Shown here: in pieces, positions 26,851-41,089 of the stretch | Layout: every line of letters starts with the position of its first letter | Numbering within the stretch: position 1 is the first letter of the stretch | Assembly (NCBI RefSeq): GCF_009914755.1 | Contig: NC_060934.1 | Reading direction: 5' to 3' (one strand) | DNA length: 64,000 nt | From: the human T2T-CHM13v2.0 reference genome, Homo sapiens | Notes under the pieces: model-generated | The model's database searches: none | What the model saw: the letters and a program-made list of their open reading frames with translations, nothing else | What the model was told of the DNA's origin: nothing | Position numbers and translations under genes: made by a program

Positions 26851-29807
26851 TTACACATCAGGTTCTACTGAAAGGTTTATTCATAGAGGATTTAAAAACA
26901 TACAAGATGCCTATATTTTAGTCTTCATATTATTACAAATGATTAGACTTTTATTATGTTGCATGACATTTTAATTGAGAATATTAATTTAATTGAGAGT
27001 TTAGTGTAACTAAACTGGTTTTTTTTAATAAACCATTTCAAACTAAGATAGGGACAATTTTGTTTTAAATAAATGATACTTGACATATTGTGTTGGAAAC
27101 TGAATGAGAGAACAACAAATCATTCAATTAGCAAAGGGTATAATACTCACCTTGCTTTGTCACTCAGGTCATCATTGGGAATCCAGATGTAAACCAGAGT
27201 GTTTCTGGAAGTTACTATATCTTTTTGAGTGGATGGTGTAGAATCCTGGGTCAAATTTCAGGGAGATATTGGATTGTGCATCTATGGCAGCATGAATCCC
27301 ATTCAGTCTTACGGAGTCATTATACATCATCTGGCTGTCACGTGTATCTAATTATGTGTTATCTCTTTTTGCATGACATGAAGAAATAGGCATGTATTTC
27401 ATATGAAATCAATACAGAAATAATTTTAAGTCTGATGTTTTATACTAGTAGTATTTTCTAAAATTAAAAAAAAAATGATAGGACTTTGGTTTCTGGCCAT
27501 GACGGACCACTCTACTGCCTGTAACAATGAATGAAACAGACCCAATATGTGAAAGTAGAGTAGACTTACTCTATTGGTGGAAACAATGAAGAAAATAAAC
27601 GAGATATATGAAATAACAGTTGACAAGACCATCAACATCAGACAATAAAGGGCAGTGACCACTGAGAGACGGGAAACAAGGGAAGTAAACCCTATGATTG
27701 CCTCAGATTTTTGACTTTAGAGAGCTTTTTGGCCATAGCACTGGAAAAGGTAACCTGGTGGATTCTCTGAGTTAAGAAGACAAACCTGAAAGTCCAGAGA
27801 AATAAAGGTATTCAGAGTTTTCAGGACAGAGCAAAGGAGAGGAATGAGTTTCACAGAAGGAGAACTCAGGAGCTCTGTAAAGGGTCTCATTCTTGTATTT
27901 AGAAGAGTAGTGAACAGCATGTACATGTGAGGGTAATAGTTGGAACAAGAGGCACCCAAAGGATTGGGGTAACAGTGCCTGGTGCTCACATACGGCTAGG
28001 AGTAATGCCTGTTTCCATCAGCCAGGCAGAAACTTCAGAATTCATGGAGCATTGTGTAGAATACACAGAGGAGTCTTGCCTCAGTATGAGAAATAATTAG
28101 TCCTAGATTGTGCACTGTTCTAGTACCACCTAGTAAATATTAAAAGCAAGACTTGAAAGGATCAAGTTGTTTCCAAGTAACTTAATTTGTCCCTGAAAAA
28201 AATCTTAAGAATACAGAAATATCCATTGCCCAAGAAGGTAAAATTCACAATATCTTGCATCCAATAAAAAAATTACCAGGCATGAAAAAAAGCAGAAAAA
28301 ACGCATAATAAGATATATATCAATGAGTAAATCAAATTGACCTAGATGTTAGAATTAGCAGGAAAAGACATTAAAAGATTAATTACAACTGTATTCTATA
28401 TGTTTAGAAAGTGAAAACATGGAAGCTATAAGACAGATCCAAATACAACTTCTAGAGATGAAAACTTCAATGTCTGAAATGAAAAACACATAGGCTTTGA
28501 TTAATGCAGTTTGGACATTGCAGAAGAAAAGATTAATGAACTTAAATACATAGTAACACAACCTGTCCAAAATGAAGGACAGTGAAAAGAGATTTTAAAA
28601 AGATGAACAGAGATTCAATGAGGTATGAGAAAAATTCAAGTGTCCAATATATGTGTAATTGGAGTCTCTGAAAAAGGGAGACAGGGACAGAAAAAGCGTT
28701 TGAAGAAATAATGGCCAAACTTTCCCTAAATCTGATGAAAACTCTAAGTCCATGGATCCAAAAAAGTTTGTCAAAACCCAAGTGCAAAGAATATGAAATA
28801 AACCATGCCATAGTACATTATAATCAAATTGCTTAAAATCAGTGATAAAGAGAAAATCTTAAAAGAAGCCAGAATCAGTAAAAACATGTTACATTCAAAT
28901 AAAGATAAGGATGACAGTAGATAATAACAAATTATAAATAAGGATGATTTATCATCAGAAGTTATGCAAGTGAGAAGTCTGTAGAGCAACAATCTTAAAA
29001 GAATAAAAGAAAAATAAAAACTTTCAACACAGAATTACATATCCAGAAAAAAGGTCTTTCAAAAACGTAGGTGAAATAATGTTTTTTTTCCAAATATAAA
29101 AAGCTAAAATAATTTATTTCCAGCAGATCTACACTATTACTTATAATAAAAAGAGGCCTTTTAGGCAGAAGGAAACTAACACTAGATGGAAACATGGATC
29201 TACAAAAAAGAATACAGAGTGCTAGAAATGGCAACATATATGTTTTGTTATTTGAATCACTTCAAAAGCAAATTTATTAAACAAAAATAATCATATATTG
29301 TGCAACTTGAAACATATGTATAAATAAAATATATGGCAACAACAGCCCCAACATAGAAAGGGAAAAAATGGAAGTATACTATTGTTAGGATCTCATATGT
29401 GAAGTGGCATAATACCACTTCAAAGTAGACTGTGTTAAGTTAAAGATGTATACTGCAACCCTAATGCAACCACTAAAATAACAAAATAAAGGATAATATT
29501 AAATAAGCCAATGAAAGAAATAAAATGGAATCAGTAATATTCACAGAATACATAGAAAAGAAGGCTGAATATGAAGAAAAAAGAAAACATGGAATAATGG
29601 GGCATGTAAAAAACGAGATGGTGGATTTAAATCTAACCATATCAAAAATCAAATTAAATATAAATGTCCTAAATACCTTGATTATCAGGGAGAAATTGGT
29701 ATATTGGATAAAAAGCAAGAGTAAACCACATGCCACCTTCAAGAAGTGCATTTAGAATAGAAAGACAAAAATAACGCAAAAGGATGACAACAGATATGTC
29801 ATGCTAG

Positions 29808-30247
<440 letters not shown>

Positions 30248-30859
30248 GAAAAATCTTAAACAGTTATGTACCAAATATGAGATCTTCAAAATACACGAAG
30301 CTAATAATGCAAGGAGAAATAGATATCCACAATTAAAGCTGGAGATTTAAATACTCCTCTCAATAAATAAAAGAACAAGTGACAGAAAATATAAAAGGAT
30401 ATAAAGGATTTGACAATATCAATGAATTTAACCTAATTAATATTTATAGAACACTTTAAGAGCAGTAGAGTATACATTTTTTTTTCAAGTGGATACAGAA
30501 CATTTATCCAAATAGATCATATTCTAGGCCATAAAATAAGCCTCAATAAATTTTAAGTGATTCCAATAACACAAAATGTATTTTCATACCACCATGGAAT
30601 TAAATTAGAAATCAATAACGCAGAAAACTCTGGGTAATTGTTAAGTAGTTAGAAAATAAATAACATACTTTTAAATGACTCATGAATCAAAGAAGAAATC
30701 AAAACAAAAATCAGAATTGAAAATTAAAACACAGCAAAAGTGCCACTCAAAGTATTTAGAGAGAAGTTTATTGCACTAAATGCCTATACTGGAAAACAAG
30801 GAAAGTCTCAAACCAGTAATCTCAGCTTCTATCTTAAGAAACTAGAAAAAGAAGAACAA

Positions 30860-31278
<419 letters not shown>

Positions 31279-31911
31279 TCAATAAAAATGATAAACCTCG
31301 AGATGGATTGATAGACAAAATAAGAGAGAAGACAAATTATCCATATCAGGAGTGGGAGAAGGGACATCACTAGAGATCCTACAGATATTAACAGGATAAG
31401 AGGAATATTATGAATAAATTAATACCAATAAATTCTACAACTTAGATTAAGTGGACAATTTTATTTCAAGACATAAATTTCCAAGCTCACTAAAAAAAGA
31501 CAGCTTGAATAGCTCTATATTACAAAAACTGAAATTTGTAGTTAAAAACTTTCTCACAAACAAAACTCCAGGTCCAGATGGTTTTACTGGTGAATTCTAC
31601 CAAACCTTTAAGGAAGAAATAATACCAATTACACACAAATACTTTCAGAAAATTGAAAAGGATGGCATACTTCCCTATTCATTCTGTGAAGCCACCACTA
31701 CTGTATAAAGGCCCAAACAGCAAAAGGCAAGAAAGAAAGAAATCTGCAAGTCAGTATGCCTTATTAACATAGATGTAAAAATTCTAAACAAAAGTTAGCA
31801 AATTAAATTCAACAATGTATAAAAAAAGCAAACACATCATGACTAAATGACTTATTCCCAGATTGCAAGGTTGATTTAATAACTGCAAATTAATCAAGGT
31901 ATTTTACCGTG

Positions 31912-32400
31912 TGGGGTAGGTAGAAAAATAACCCCAAAATATCTACATCAGAATCCCTGGAAGCTATGAAAATAGTATGTTACATGACAAGGGATAAATA
32001 AGAATGCTGATAGAATTAAGGTTGCTAACCAACTGACTTTGAGATGAGGAGATTACCTTGGATTATCTAGGTTGGGCCAACACAATCACAAAGGCCCTTA
32101 TTGGTGAAAAAAGAAGGCAAGAGAGTCAGAATTGGAGAAGACATGATGGTGGACACAGAGGTCAGAAGGGCGTGATTTCTGGCTTTGAAGACGAAAGGGG
32201 CTCACTAGCCAAGGAATGCTACCTGGAAAAGAAAAGGAAATGGATTCTGCCATTGGGTTTAGCTCCCAAGGAGCACAGATAGCCCTGCCAACATTTTGAA
32301 TTTCACCTACTGAGATATATATCAGACTTCTGACTTCCAAACCATAAGATAATAAATTTGTGTTGTTAAACCACTAGATTTGTTATTACAGCAGCAATAA
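31912..32400 (+). mobile_element. MaLR LTR (MLT1-type)
   Basis: attaaggttgcta...gactttgagatgaggagattacc.tggattatct...cttctgacttccaaaccataagataataaatttgtgttgt...gttattacagcagcaata. Confidence 0.78.
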
Positions 32401-33387
32401 GAAAAAAATATATTTTTTTAAAAGAAAAAAGAAAAACCATATGATCATCTTAATACATGCAAAACAACCTTTTTGGCAAAATCTGACATCCACTCCTGAT
32501 AAAATATGTCTGCAAAGTAGGAATAGATATAAACTTTCTCTCCCTAATAAAAGATATCTACAAAAAAAACCTATGGCTTACAACACACTTAATGGTAAAA
32601 AACTGAATGCTTTTCCCCTAAGATCAGGAGCAAGAGAAGGATGTCTGCTATCATCACCTTTATTCAACATTGTATGGGAGATTCTAGCCAATGCAATCAG
32701 GCAAGGAAAAGAAATAGAAGGCATCCAGAAAATTTGTAGTTAAAAACTTTCTCACAGATTAGAAAAAGGGATAGAACTATCTCTATTTGATTTATAGAAG
32801 ATGACATAATCTGGCTCTGTTCACTCACCCTAATTATTTTGAGATTAATTCATATTGTAGCATTTCTTTTTATTGCTACCATTATATGGATTTACCACAG
32901 TTTGCCTGGGTCATATGGTAGGTGTACATCAACATTTTAAGAAACTGCCAAACCATTTTCCAAAGTGATTTGTACTGTTTTATATTCTCACCAGCAATTT
33001 ATGAGGGTTCCAGTTTCTCTCTACACTAGCTGGCACTTGATGCTGTCCATCTTTTTGATTACAGCAATCCTTGTGGGTGTGAAGTGGTATCTCATTGCGG
33101 TTTTAATTTGCATTTCCCTAATGACTAATGATGGAGAGAAAAATGTACTTTATTGTCATTGTATATCCTCTTTGGTGATGTATCTGTTCAAATCATTTGT
33201 TCACATATATTTTAAAATTTGGTTGTTTTCTTATTCAGTTTTAGAAATTATATATTCTGGATATACATCCCTTACTTCTGTATCAGACATATATTTGCAG
33301 AATTTTTCTCACAATTTGTAGAATATCTTTTAAAAAAATTTTCTAGACTTTTTTTCTGTAAGCAATGTTATGTTTATAGAAAAATGA

Positions 33388-33748
<361 letters not shown>

Positions 33749-33788
33749 TCAATTTGTTTTCTCTATTATTACAGTTATCTTTTGCATT

Positions 33789-34280
33789 GTATTAGTCAGG
33801 ATTCTCTAGAGAAAGAGAACCAATAGGACATATGTAGATATATATGAAAAGATTTGTAATGGGAATTGACTCACATGATTGTGGAGGCTGAGAAGTCCCA
33901 CGACAATACCATGTGCAAGCTGGAGAATAAGGAGAGCCAGGGGTGTAATTCAGTCTGCGTCCTAAGGCCAGAGAACCAAAGCTGATGTAAAGTCCTAGAG
34001 TTCCAAGGCCTGAGAATAGGAGCTCTGATGTCCCAGGGCAAGAGAAGATGGAAGTCCCAGCTCAAAAAGAGAGAGGATTTTTCCTTTTTACACCCTCTGT
34101 TACTCAAGCCCTCAACAGATTGGATATTGCCCACTCACATTGGTGAGCTCACATCTTTACTCAGTTTAGAGATTCAAATGCTAATCTCTTCCAGGAACAC
34201 CCTTGCAGACACACCCAGAAACGTTTTAGTAGCTATTTGTGCATCCCTTAGCTCAGTCGCTTTGGCACATAAAATTAATG
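33789..34280 (-). mobile_element. ERV-L LTR (MLT2B-like)
   Basis: tgtattagtcaggattctctagagaaagagaaccaatagg...gattgtggaggctgagaagtccca...cacataaaattaa. Confidence 0.8.
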
Positions 34281-34817
34281 TGATGACATCTATAGACAAT
34301 TCTAACAAATCCACAAAAAAGGGCTAGAACTAATTAATTATGCAAGGAAGTATTTGTTGAGTGTCTGTTACATGACCGGCACTGTCCTAGGCACCCAAAG
34401 GTATGAGAAAATAGGGCAGAAAGGGCATCTGTCCTTATGGAGAGTTATCGTGGAGTAGGCAAGCAAAACACAGAGGTTGTTAAGTGATATGACAAAAATA
34501 CAGCAGGATAAAGAGGGGTAAGACAGACTTGGATGTGGTGACAGAATTAGATAGGGTGATTGCGGGGGACTGCTCCAAGGAGGTGCAATGTGAGCTCAGA
34601 ACTGAAGACAAGATGAAGCCAGCTTTGTAAACAGGGGAAGGGAGAGGAGGAAATGTCCGGGATGTGTGTCCTTGAAGTTTATTCTGAGGGAAATACGAAC
34701 GGAAGCCAAGAGTAATGTGAAAGGCAAATGGCAAATAAGAAATTGGAATGGCACAAGGCAGAATGCTGATGAGATCGATAATATCCATGTGTGGTTTTGT
34801 TTTACGTGTGATGTCAG

Positions 34818-34943
34818 GTGAGGAAAATAAAACAACCCTCCTTGAACTTGGAGCTGTGGAACCTTTAACTAAGCTACTCACCCATGAAGACAAAATTGTA
34901 AGAAGAAATGCTACTATGATATTTGGAATCCTGGCTTCTAATA
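34818..34943 (+). CDS. ARMC3: ARMC3 exon 4 (GEENKTTLLELGAVEPLTKLLTHEDKIVRRNATMIFGILASN), armadillo repeat
   Basis: Acceptor atgtcAG, 126 nt, donor ATA|GTAAGT, phase 1 to 1. ARM motif GAVEPLxKLL; lies within ORF 34748..34975. Confidence 0.95.
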
Positions 34944-35288
34944 GTAAGTATCAACTTTTAAAAATAATCAAATAATCCCATGTTAATGCATTATCATTCT
35001 TTTAAATTTAACATTAAGGAATTTGTTTCAATTTTATTTAAACTGACTTTCATGTTCACAAAAACATTTTATCAGTATAATGCAGCAAATGTGTGATTTC
35101 ACATTTTAAGGGATAATTTTAAAATAAGAAAACATGTGCAAGCACATCCATGCAAAAACTCCTCTCAGAATTGGTGATGTAGTCCTACAAGCTGAGAGAG
35201 CAATCATTTTCTCTTAAAATTATTTTTCTTGAGTTAGTGTAATGTAATTTGCCTGCCTATATGTATCTTACATTTCATGTATATTTCA

Positions 35289-35644
<356 letters not shown>

Positions 35645-35674
35645 TTAAATCAGACCTATTACTTGCTTGGAATC

Positions 35675-35880
35675 ATATATGTCATATTATTATATTAATA
35701 TATAATATATATTGAATAATATTAATCATGTGTACATAATTAACATTAATATGTGATTAATATCAATATACAATTAATATCAATATATTAATATATTAGT
35801 ATGATATATTAATATGTAATTATATATTATATATTAAATAACGTATTAGTATCATATAATATGATGGTATAATATTAGTT
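35675..35880. repeat. AT-rich low-complexity region with short palindromes
   Basis: Repeated tatattaatata / attaatatcaatata units. Confidence 0.8.
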
Positions 35881-36886
35881 AAAAGATGCTATTATGTCCA
35901 TTAGAATATCAGTTTGAACACCATGCCAATAAACGCAGTCTCTGACTTATGAACAGGATATATTTTCCTTGTCATTTTCTAATAGTAGTTTTTGAGTCAG
36001 CCACCAAAAACCCTGTAACTCATAATAAATTTTAAATGACACTCTTAGTGGAGACTGAATTCTAACATGAAACTTAGGCTGCTCTGACTAAACACATGCC
36101 TATCGTGGTACATGGCTAAAATCATTATACTTTCCCCGTCTTATGATAATCTCAGCAAAACACAAGCACGGATTCTTTCCTAGTCTTCCTGCCCATCCAC
36201 CGCCCGCCATTTTCCCTGGACCCCGTGTGATGACAGTGAGGCCTCCTTATTCCTTGTCCAGCAGGGATTGTGGTATGAGTGTGTTCAGGGACAGTTATGA
36301 GTGGAAGTTGGGGAGAGACGTGGAAGGGCGGTTTTGTGTGGCGTCTGTGCCATTACAGCCTCAGCTACAGAGACTGCACTTGCGGGCAGCTGCAGTGCTG
36401 GAAGCAGATGGGGCCCTGTGCGAGGGGTCAGTGGAAGGCAGTGACTTTGAGAGCTCTGATGGTAGTTGTGCTGTAAGGCAGGGGCCTGGGAGTGTTTCCG
36501 GAGATGGCAACAGGATGAGGACAGTCATGGCGGAGTGCATGACCCACCAACTTAGACTATGGTAATACTAGTTAACACTTAACATACACTGACAAGGGGC
36601 CAGGCACTGTGCTAAGTGCTATTGATATATTAAATCATTTAATCCTATCTAACAGCCCTGTGAGGTAGGTACTATTATTATTCCCTTTACATCTGAGGTA
36701 ACAGAGGCATACAGAAGTTAAATAAGGCAGTACTCAATTGAATTATGGGCCTTCCTAAATTTATCACAAGGATTATCTGTGTAACAATTCTATGTTAGTA
36801 TCATAATGAATGTTTAACCAAAAACAAAAAAAGGAAAATTATAATCAAAAAAGGGAAGATTTTTTTATTTCTTATGTTTTATTCTA

Positions 36887-37126
<240 letters not shown>

Positions 37127-37682
37127 TTAAAAGTAGGATATATATCTCAAAGCATTAGTTTATTTGCCCCAAATCATGCAGGTGGTTAGTAGTGGAACTG
37201 AGGTTAGAGCCCTGCACACAGGCATACCTGTCTAACTTTAATTAGGCTGACAAAAATAGTATAAAAATGTACTTTAAAACAGTCAATATACTTATTTTTA
37301 AGCATTTTTGGCATTTCTAATAATCAAATTGAATGTAAGCAATCAAGATGTATTAATTAAAATAGGCTGGGTAATCTTACTTGCATTCTGTACAAGATTT
37401 ATTAAAATCAGAATTTAAAAATACCTTCCCAGCAACACACACACAGATTACTATTACACAATAAATAAACGTAGGGCACAGTGACTCAACTCTTCTGATA
37501 TGTGTTCTAGGCACACTTTGCACTTTTATGGTTGTTTCTAGTGTCTTAGAAGGAAGTACAGCTCATGATCGAGGAATATAGGCAGGCTAGAGAATGTGTG
37601 GGGTTGGCCCTACCTAGGCTTGAAACCTGCCCCACCACTTGCTTTGTGGTTTTGAGCCTCAATTTCCTTATCTGTAAAATGA

Positions 37683-38033
<351 letters not shown>

Positions 38034-38080
38034 TATTATTATTATTAATAAACATCAATACTCTGTTTCTTCCTTTGTAG

Positions 38081-38149
38081 ATGATGTTAAAAAATTGTTA
38101 AGGGAGTTAGATGTCATGAATTCTGTCATTGCCCAGCTCGCTCCAGAAG
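38081..38149 (+). CDS. ARMC3: ARMC3 exon 5 (NDVKKLLRELDVMNSVIAQLAPE)
   Basis: Acceptor ttcttcctttgtAG, 69 nt, donor AAG|GTAACT, phase 1 to 1. Confidence 0.93.
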
Positions 38150-38409
38150 GTAACTTTGCATTCTATATCTGTTTTAAAAAATGGAACTGGTTTTTTACAC
38201 TTGATTAAACTATATATTGAAAATCATTCATGAAATATTGTAAAGTGTTATTAAAATCTCTCAAACCACAGCTCAATTTTGAGTTTATAAAAGAGGTGAG
38301 CTTTAAGCAAGATACAATTTGTGGAGCTTTGGTTTCCAAAGCATATTTTAAAGTAGTGGCTGAATAATAAGCAGTTGGCATACTTGTGTTATTTATTTTT
38401 GATACACAG

Positions 38410-38585
38410 AAGAAGTAGTTATCCATGAGTTTGCTAGTCTTTGTCTAGCAAACATGTCTGCAGAGTACACCAGTAAAGTGCAAATATTTGAACATGGGGG
38501 ATTAGAGCCACTCATCAGACTACTGAGTAGCCCTGACCCGGATGTAAAGAAGAACTCTATGGAATGCATTTACAACTTGGTGCAG
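38410..38585 (+). CDS. ARMC3: ARMC3 exon 6 (EEVVIHEFASLCLANMSAEYTSKVQIFEHGGLEPLIRLLSSPDPDVKKNSMECIYNLVQ)
   Basis: Acceptor acacAG, 176 nt, donor CAG|GTAAGA, phase 1 to 0. Classic ARM motif GGLEPLIRLL..D.DV. Confidence 0.95.
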
Positions 38586-39700
38586 GTAAGATTAATTTCT
38601 AAAAAGCGTTCTGATGAAAGCTCATTTTAGAATTTATTTTCCCATTAAAAATAGAAAAAAGCTTTTAAAAATGCACCAGTTTTGCATCATCAGATCTTCT
38701 TGTTACTGGTATTTATCATTCAGAGAAAAAAATAATGGAAGCTTAATGTAGATAATCTTTCAATTTTCACATTTTGTAAGTCATTGTCTCCTGTGAAAAA
38801 GTATTTTGGAAATGTATTTGTTTTTAAAGAATAGAATGGCATTCAAATAAAATGTACTTCTTTTGAAACAGGAAATCTAATATGTGGAAACTGCGCAGCT
38901 ACTATTGACTGAACCCTGGTGGTCTAAGCACATTGGATGTAATATATACCCTATTCAATGTACTGAGATTTTGGTTTAGGCTTATTTGTTGCTAAAAATC
39001 TAGTGATTTTTCATTTTTGAGTATGCAGGACAGAATTCATTGTCCACAATAGCAAGATGCTACCTCACTGTGCTGTTTTCCTTTGTCACGGAAAGAAACT
39101 GCCAACCTTCCCCTCCCCTGCAGTCCTGTCCTTTGCACCCCAACCCCCAGAATACACACACATACACACACACACACACCCTCACGCCCACAGCAGGTCA
39201 GCTTCCTGACACTTTGAACAGCCTTCTCTGCTGCTTAGATTCCTTAACAATTAGCATGCACATTTGATGAGCTTTAGATCACCTGAAATTGGAAAGACAC
39301 AAATTTTAAATGGCCATTAATAGAGTAGGGAATGAGGAGATACCAAAACGAGAGTGAAGAAGAGGATTAATGCAGAGGCAATGTATTCAGGCAAAGAGGG
39401 ACAAATAGGCTCATGTCAAAATGCAGCAAAAGCAAAATTCCTGGCCCAGTATGCCATTGCTACTCGACAGGACTGGTTTCACCCTCACCCCTCCCTCCCT
39501 AAAAAAGAGACCCTGAGAAAGAAGCTCAGCCCCTCTTTTCCCTTCTCCGGTCACTTTGGCTTTACCTCATTTGATTAAATATTCCTGTGTGTTTGTGTTT
39601 TAAATCCCAAGACTCCTTAGAGCAGTATTTCTCTATTGTCTTAAGAAGAAATCAAAATGATTACCTCACAATTCTTAACAGCAGTACTGGCTAAAAACTG

Positions 39701-40114
39701 TGTATTAGTTTCCTAGGGCTGTTGTAACAAAGTACTACAAACTAGGTGGCTTAAAACTACAGACAGTCACAGTTCTGGAGGCCAGAAGTCCAAAATCAAG
39801 GTGTCAGTAGGACCGCGTCCCCACTGAGACCAGATAGGACCCTTCCTCTCCTCTTCCCAGCTTCATGTAGTGGCCATCCATTGGTGGCATCCCTTGGCTT
39901 GTGGCTGCATCCCAGCAAGCTCTCCCTCTGTTGTCTCTCTCTCCTAAGGACACTAATTGCACAAGGACACCACTAAGGGCCCACCTTACTCCAGGATGAC
40001 CTCATCTTAACTAACTGCATCTGCAATGACCCTGTTTTCAGTAAGGTCACATTATGAGGTACTGGGGTTAGGACTTCAGCATATATTTTGGGGGAACACA
40101 ATTCAACCCATGAC
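39701..40114 (-). mobile_element. MaLR LTR (MLT1-type)
   Basis: tgtattagtttcctagggctgttgtaacaaagtac...cacagttctggaggccagaagtccaaaatcaagg...ggaacacaattcaacccatgaca. Confidence 0.82.
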
Positions 40115-40894
40115 AAAAAGCAATCTACAATTGTGTCTAAAGGAAGCTGAATATTAGCAATCAATTGAAGGATGGACAGGGGAAAGCTAAGCTATAATTG
40201 GAGCCTTTTCCACCTTTAGTACTATTTTATATTTACCATGTTTTGATCAAAGGTGTCATGTCTTAAAAGAGTTTGGGAGCTTTTCATGGCTTCTTGGCTT
40301 GTTTTCTTAAACTCCCCCAACCACCCACTTCTTCACTCACACAGAATCATAGACATAGAGGCACAACAATTGTCTAGATTACAATGACCCCTTGATTGTG
40401 TAAATGTCTTAAATAAAGGTCACGTATCTGAATAAACCCGCTGTAAATTTGCATGCAGAGGGCCTGTCAACAGTACTGCATGCTAATAGGTATTTCATAA
40501 ACAATCCATTTGAATGAGAGAATAAGGAATCAATGCCATTTCATTGCATTAATTACTATTTGAAGCAGTATATCCAAGTGTGAGAAGAATTTCATTATGC
40601 ATAGATTTTATTATACTGCTGTTTAATCAGGATTTGCTGTATAATAAACAATAGATAAAAGTCATAGATCATGTATATTTTCTGTTGTAGACAATGTCTA
40701 CATATTACAGTTAAAATAAATTTTGATGTTGTCAATTGAAAGATTTCTTATTTTTTGAGTTATTTTGGAAGGGAATCTGGAATAAAAGATGGGCAAATTA
40801 TAACTTATGTTCTTGTGTTAGAAAACAGAATTTCTCCATTCTTGAGGATGTATTTTGCTTAAAAAAATTATTGATCATCTGTATTTTGTGGCAG

Positions 40895-41089
40895 GATTTT
40901 CAGTGTCGAGCTAAACTTCAAGAACTAAATGCAATACCTCCTATCTTAGATCTCTTGAAGTCAGAATATCCAGTGATTCAGTTGTTGGCTCTCAAAACCT
41001 TAGGTGTTATTGCAAATGATAAGGAGTCTCGAACAATGCTAAGAGACAATCAAGGATTGGACCATCTTATTAAGATCCTAGAAACTAAG
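40895..41089 (+). CDS. ARMC3: ARMC3 exon 7 (DFQCRAKLQELNAIPPILDLLKSEYPVIQLLALKTLGVIANDKESRTMLRDNQGLDHLIKILETK)
   Basis: Acceptor tttgtggcAG, 195 nt, donor AAG|GTATTT, phase 0 to 0. Lies within ORF 40736..41233. Confidence 0.95.

Noticed and set aside
31451-32743. Reverse-transcriptase-like ORFs as a novel RT system
   Set aside because: These are fragmented L1 ORF2 remnants interrupted by stops and an LTR insertion.
35675-35880. AT-rich palindromic region as a PATRR-like cruciform
   Set aside because: Only short (~12 bp) palindromes are evident; no long inverted repeat is visible.
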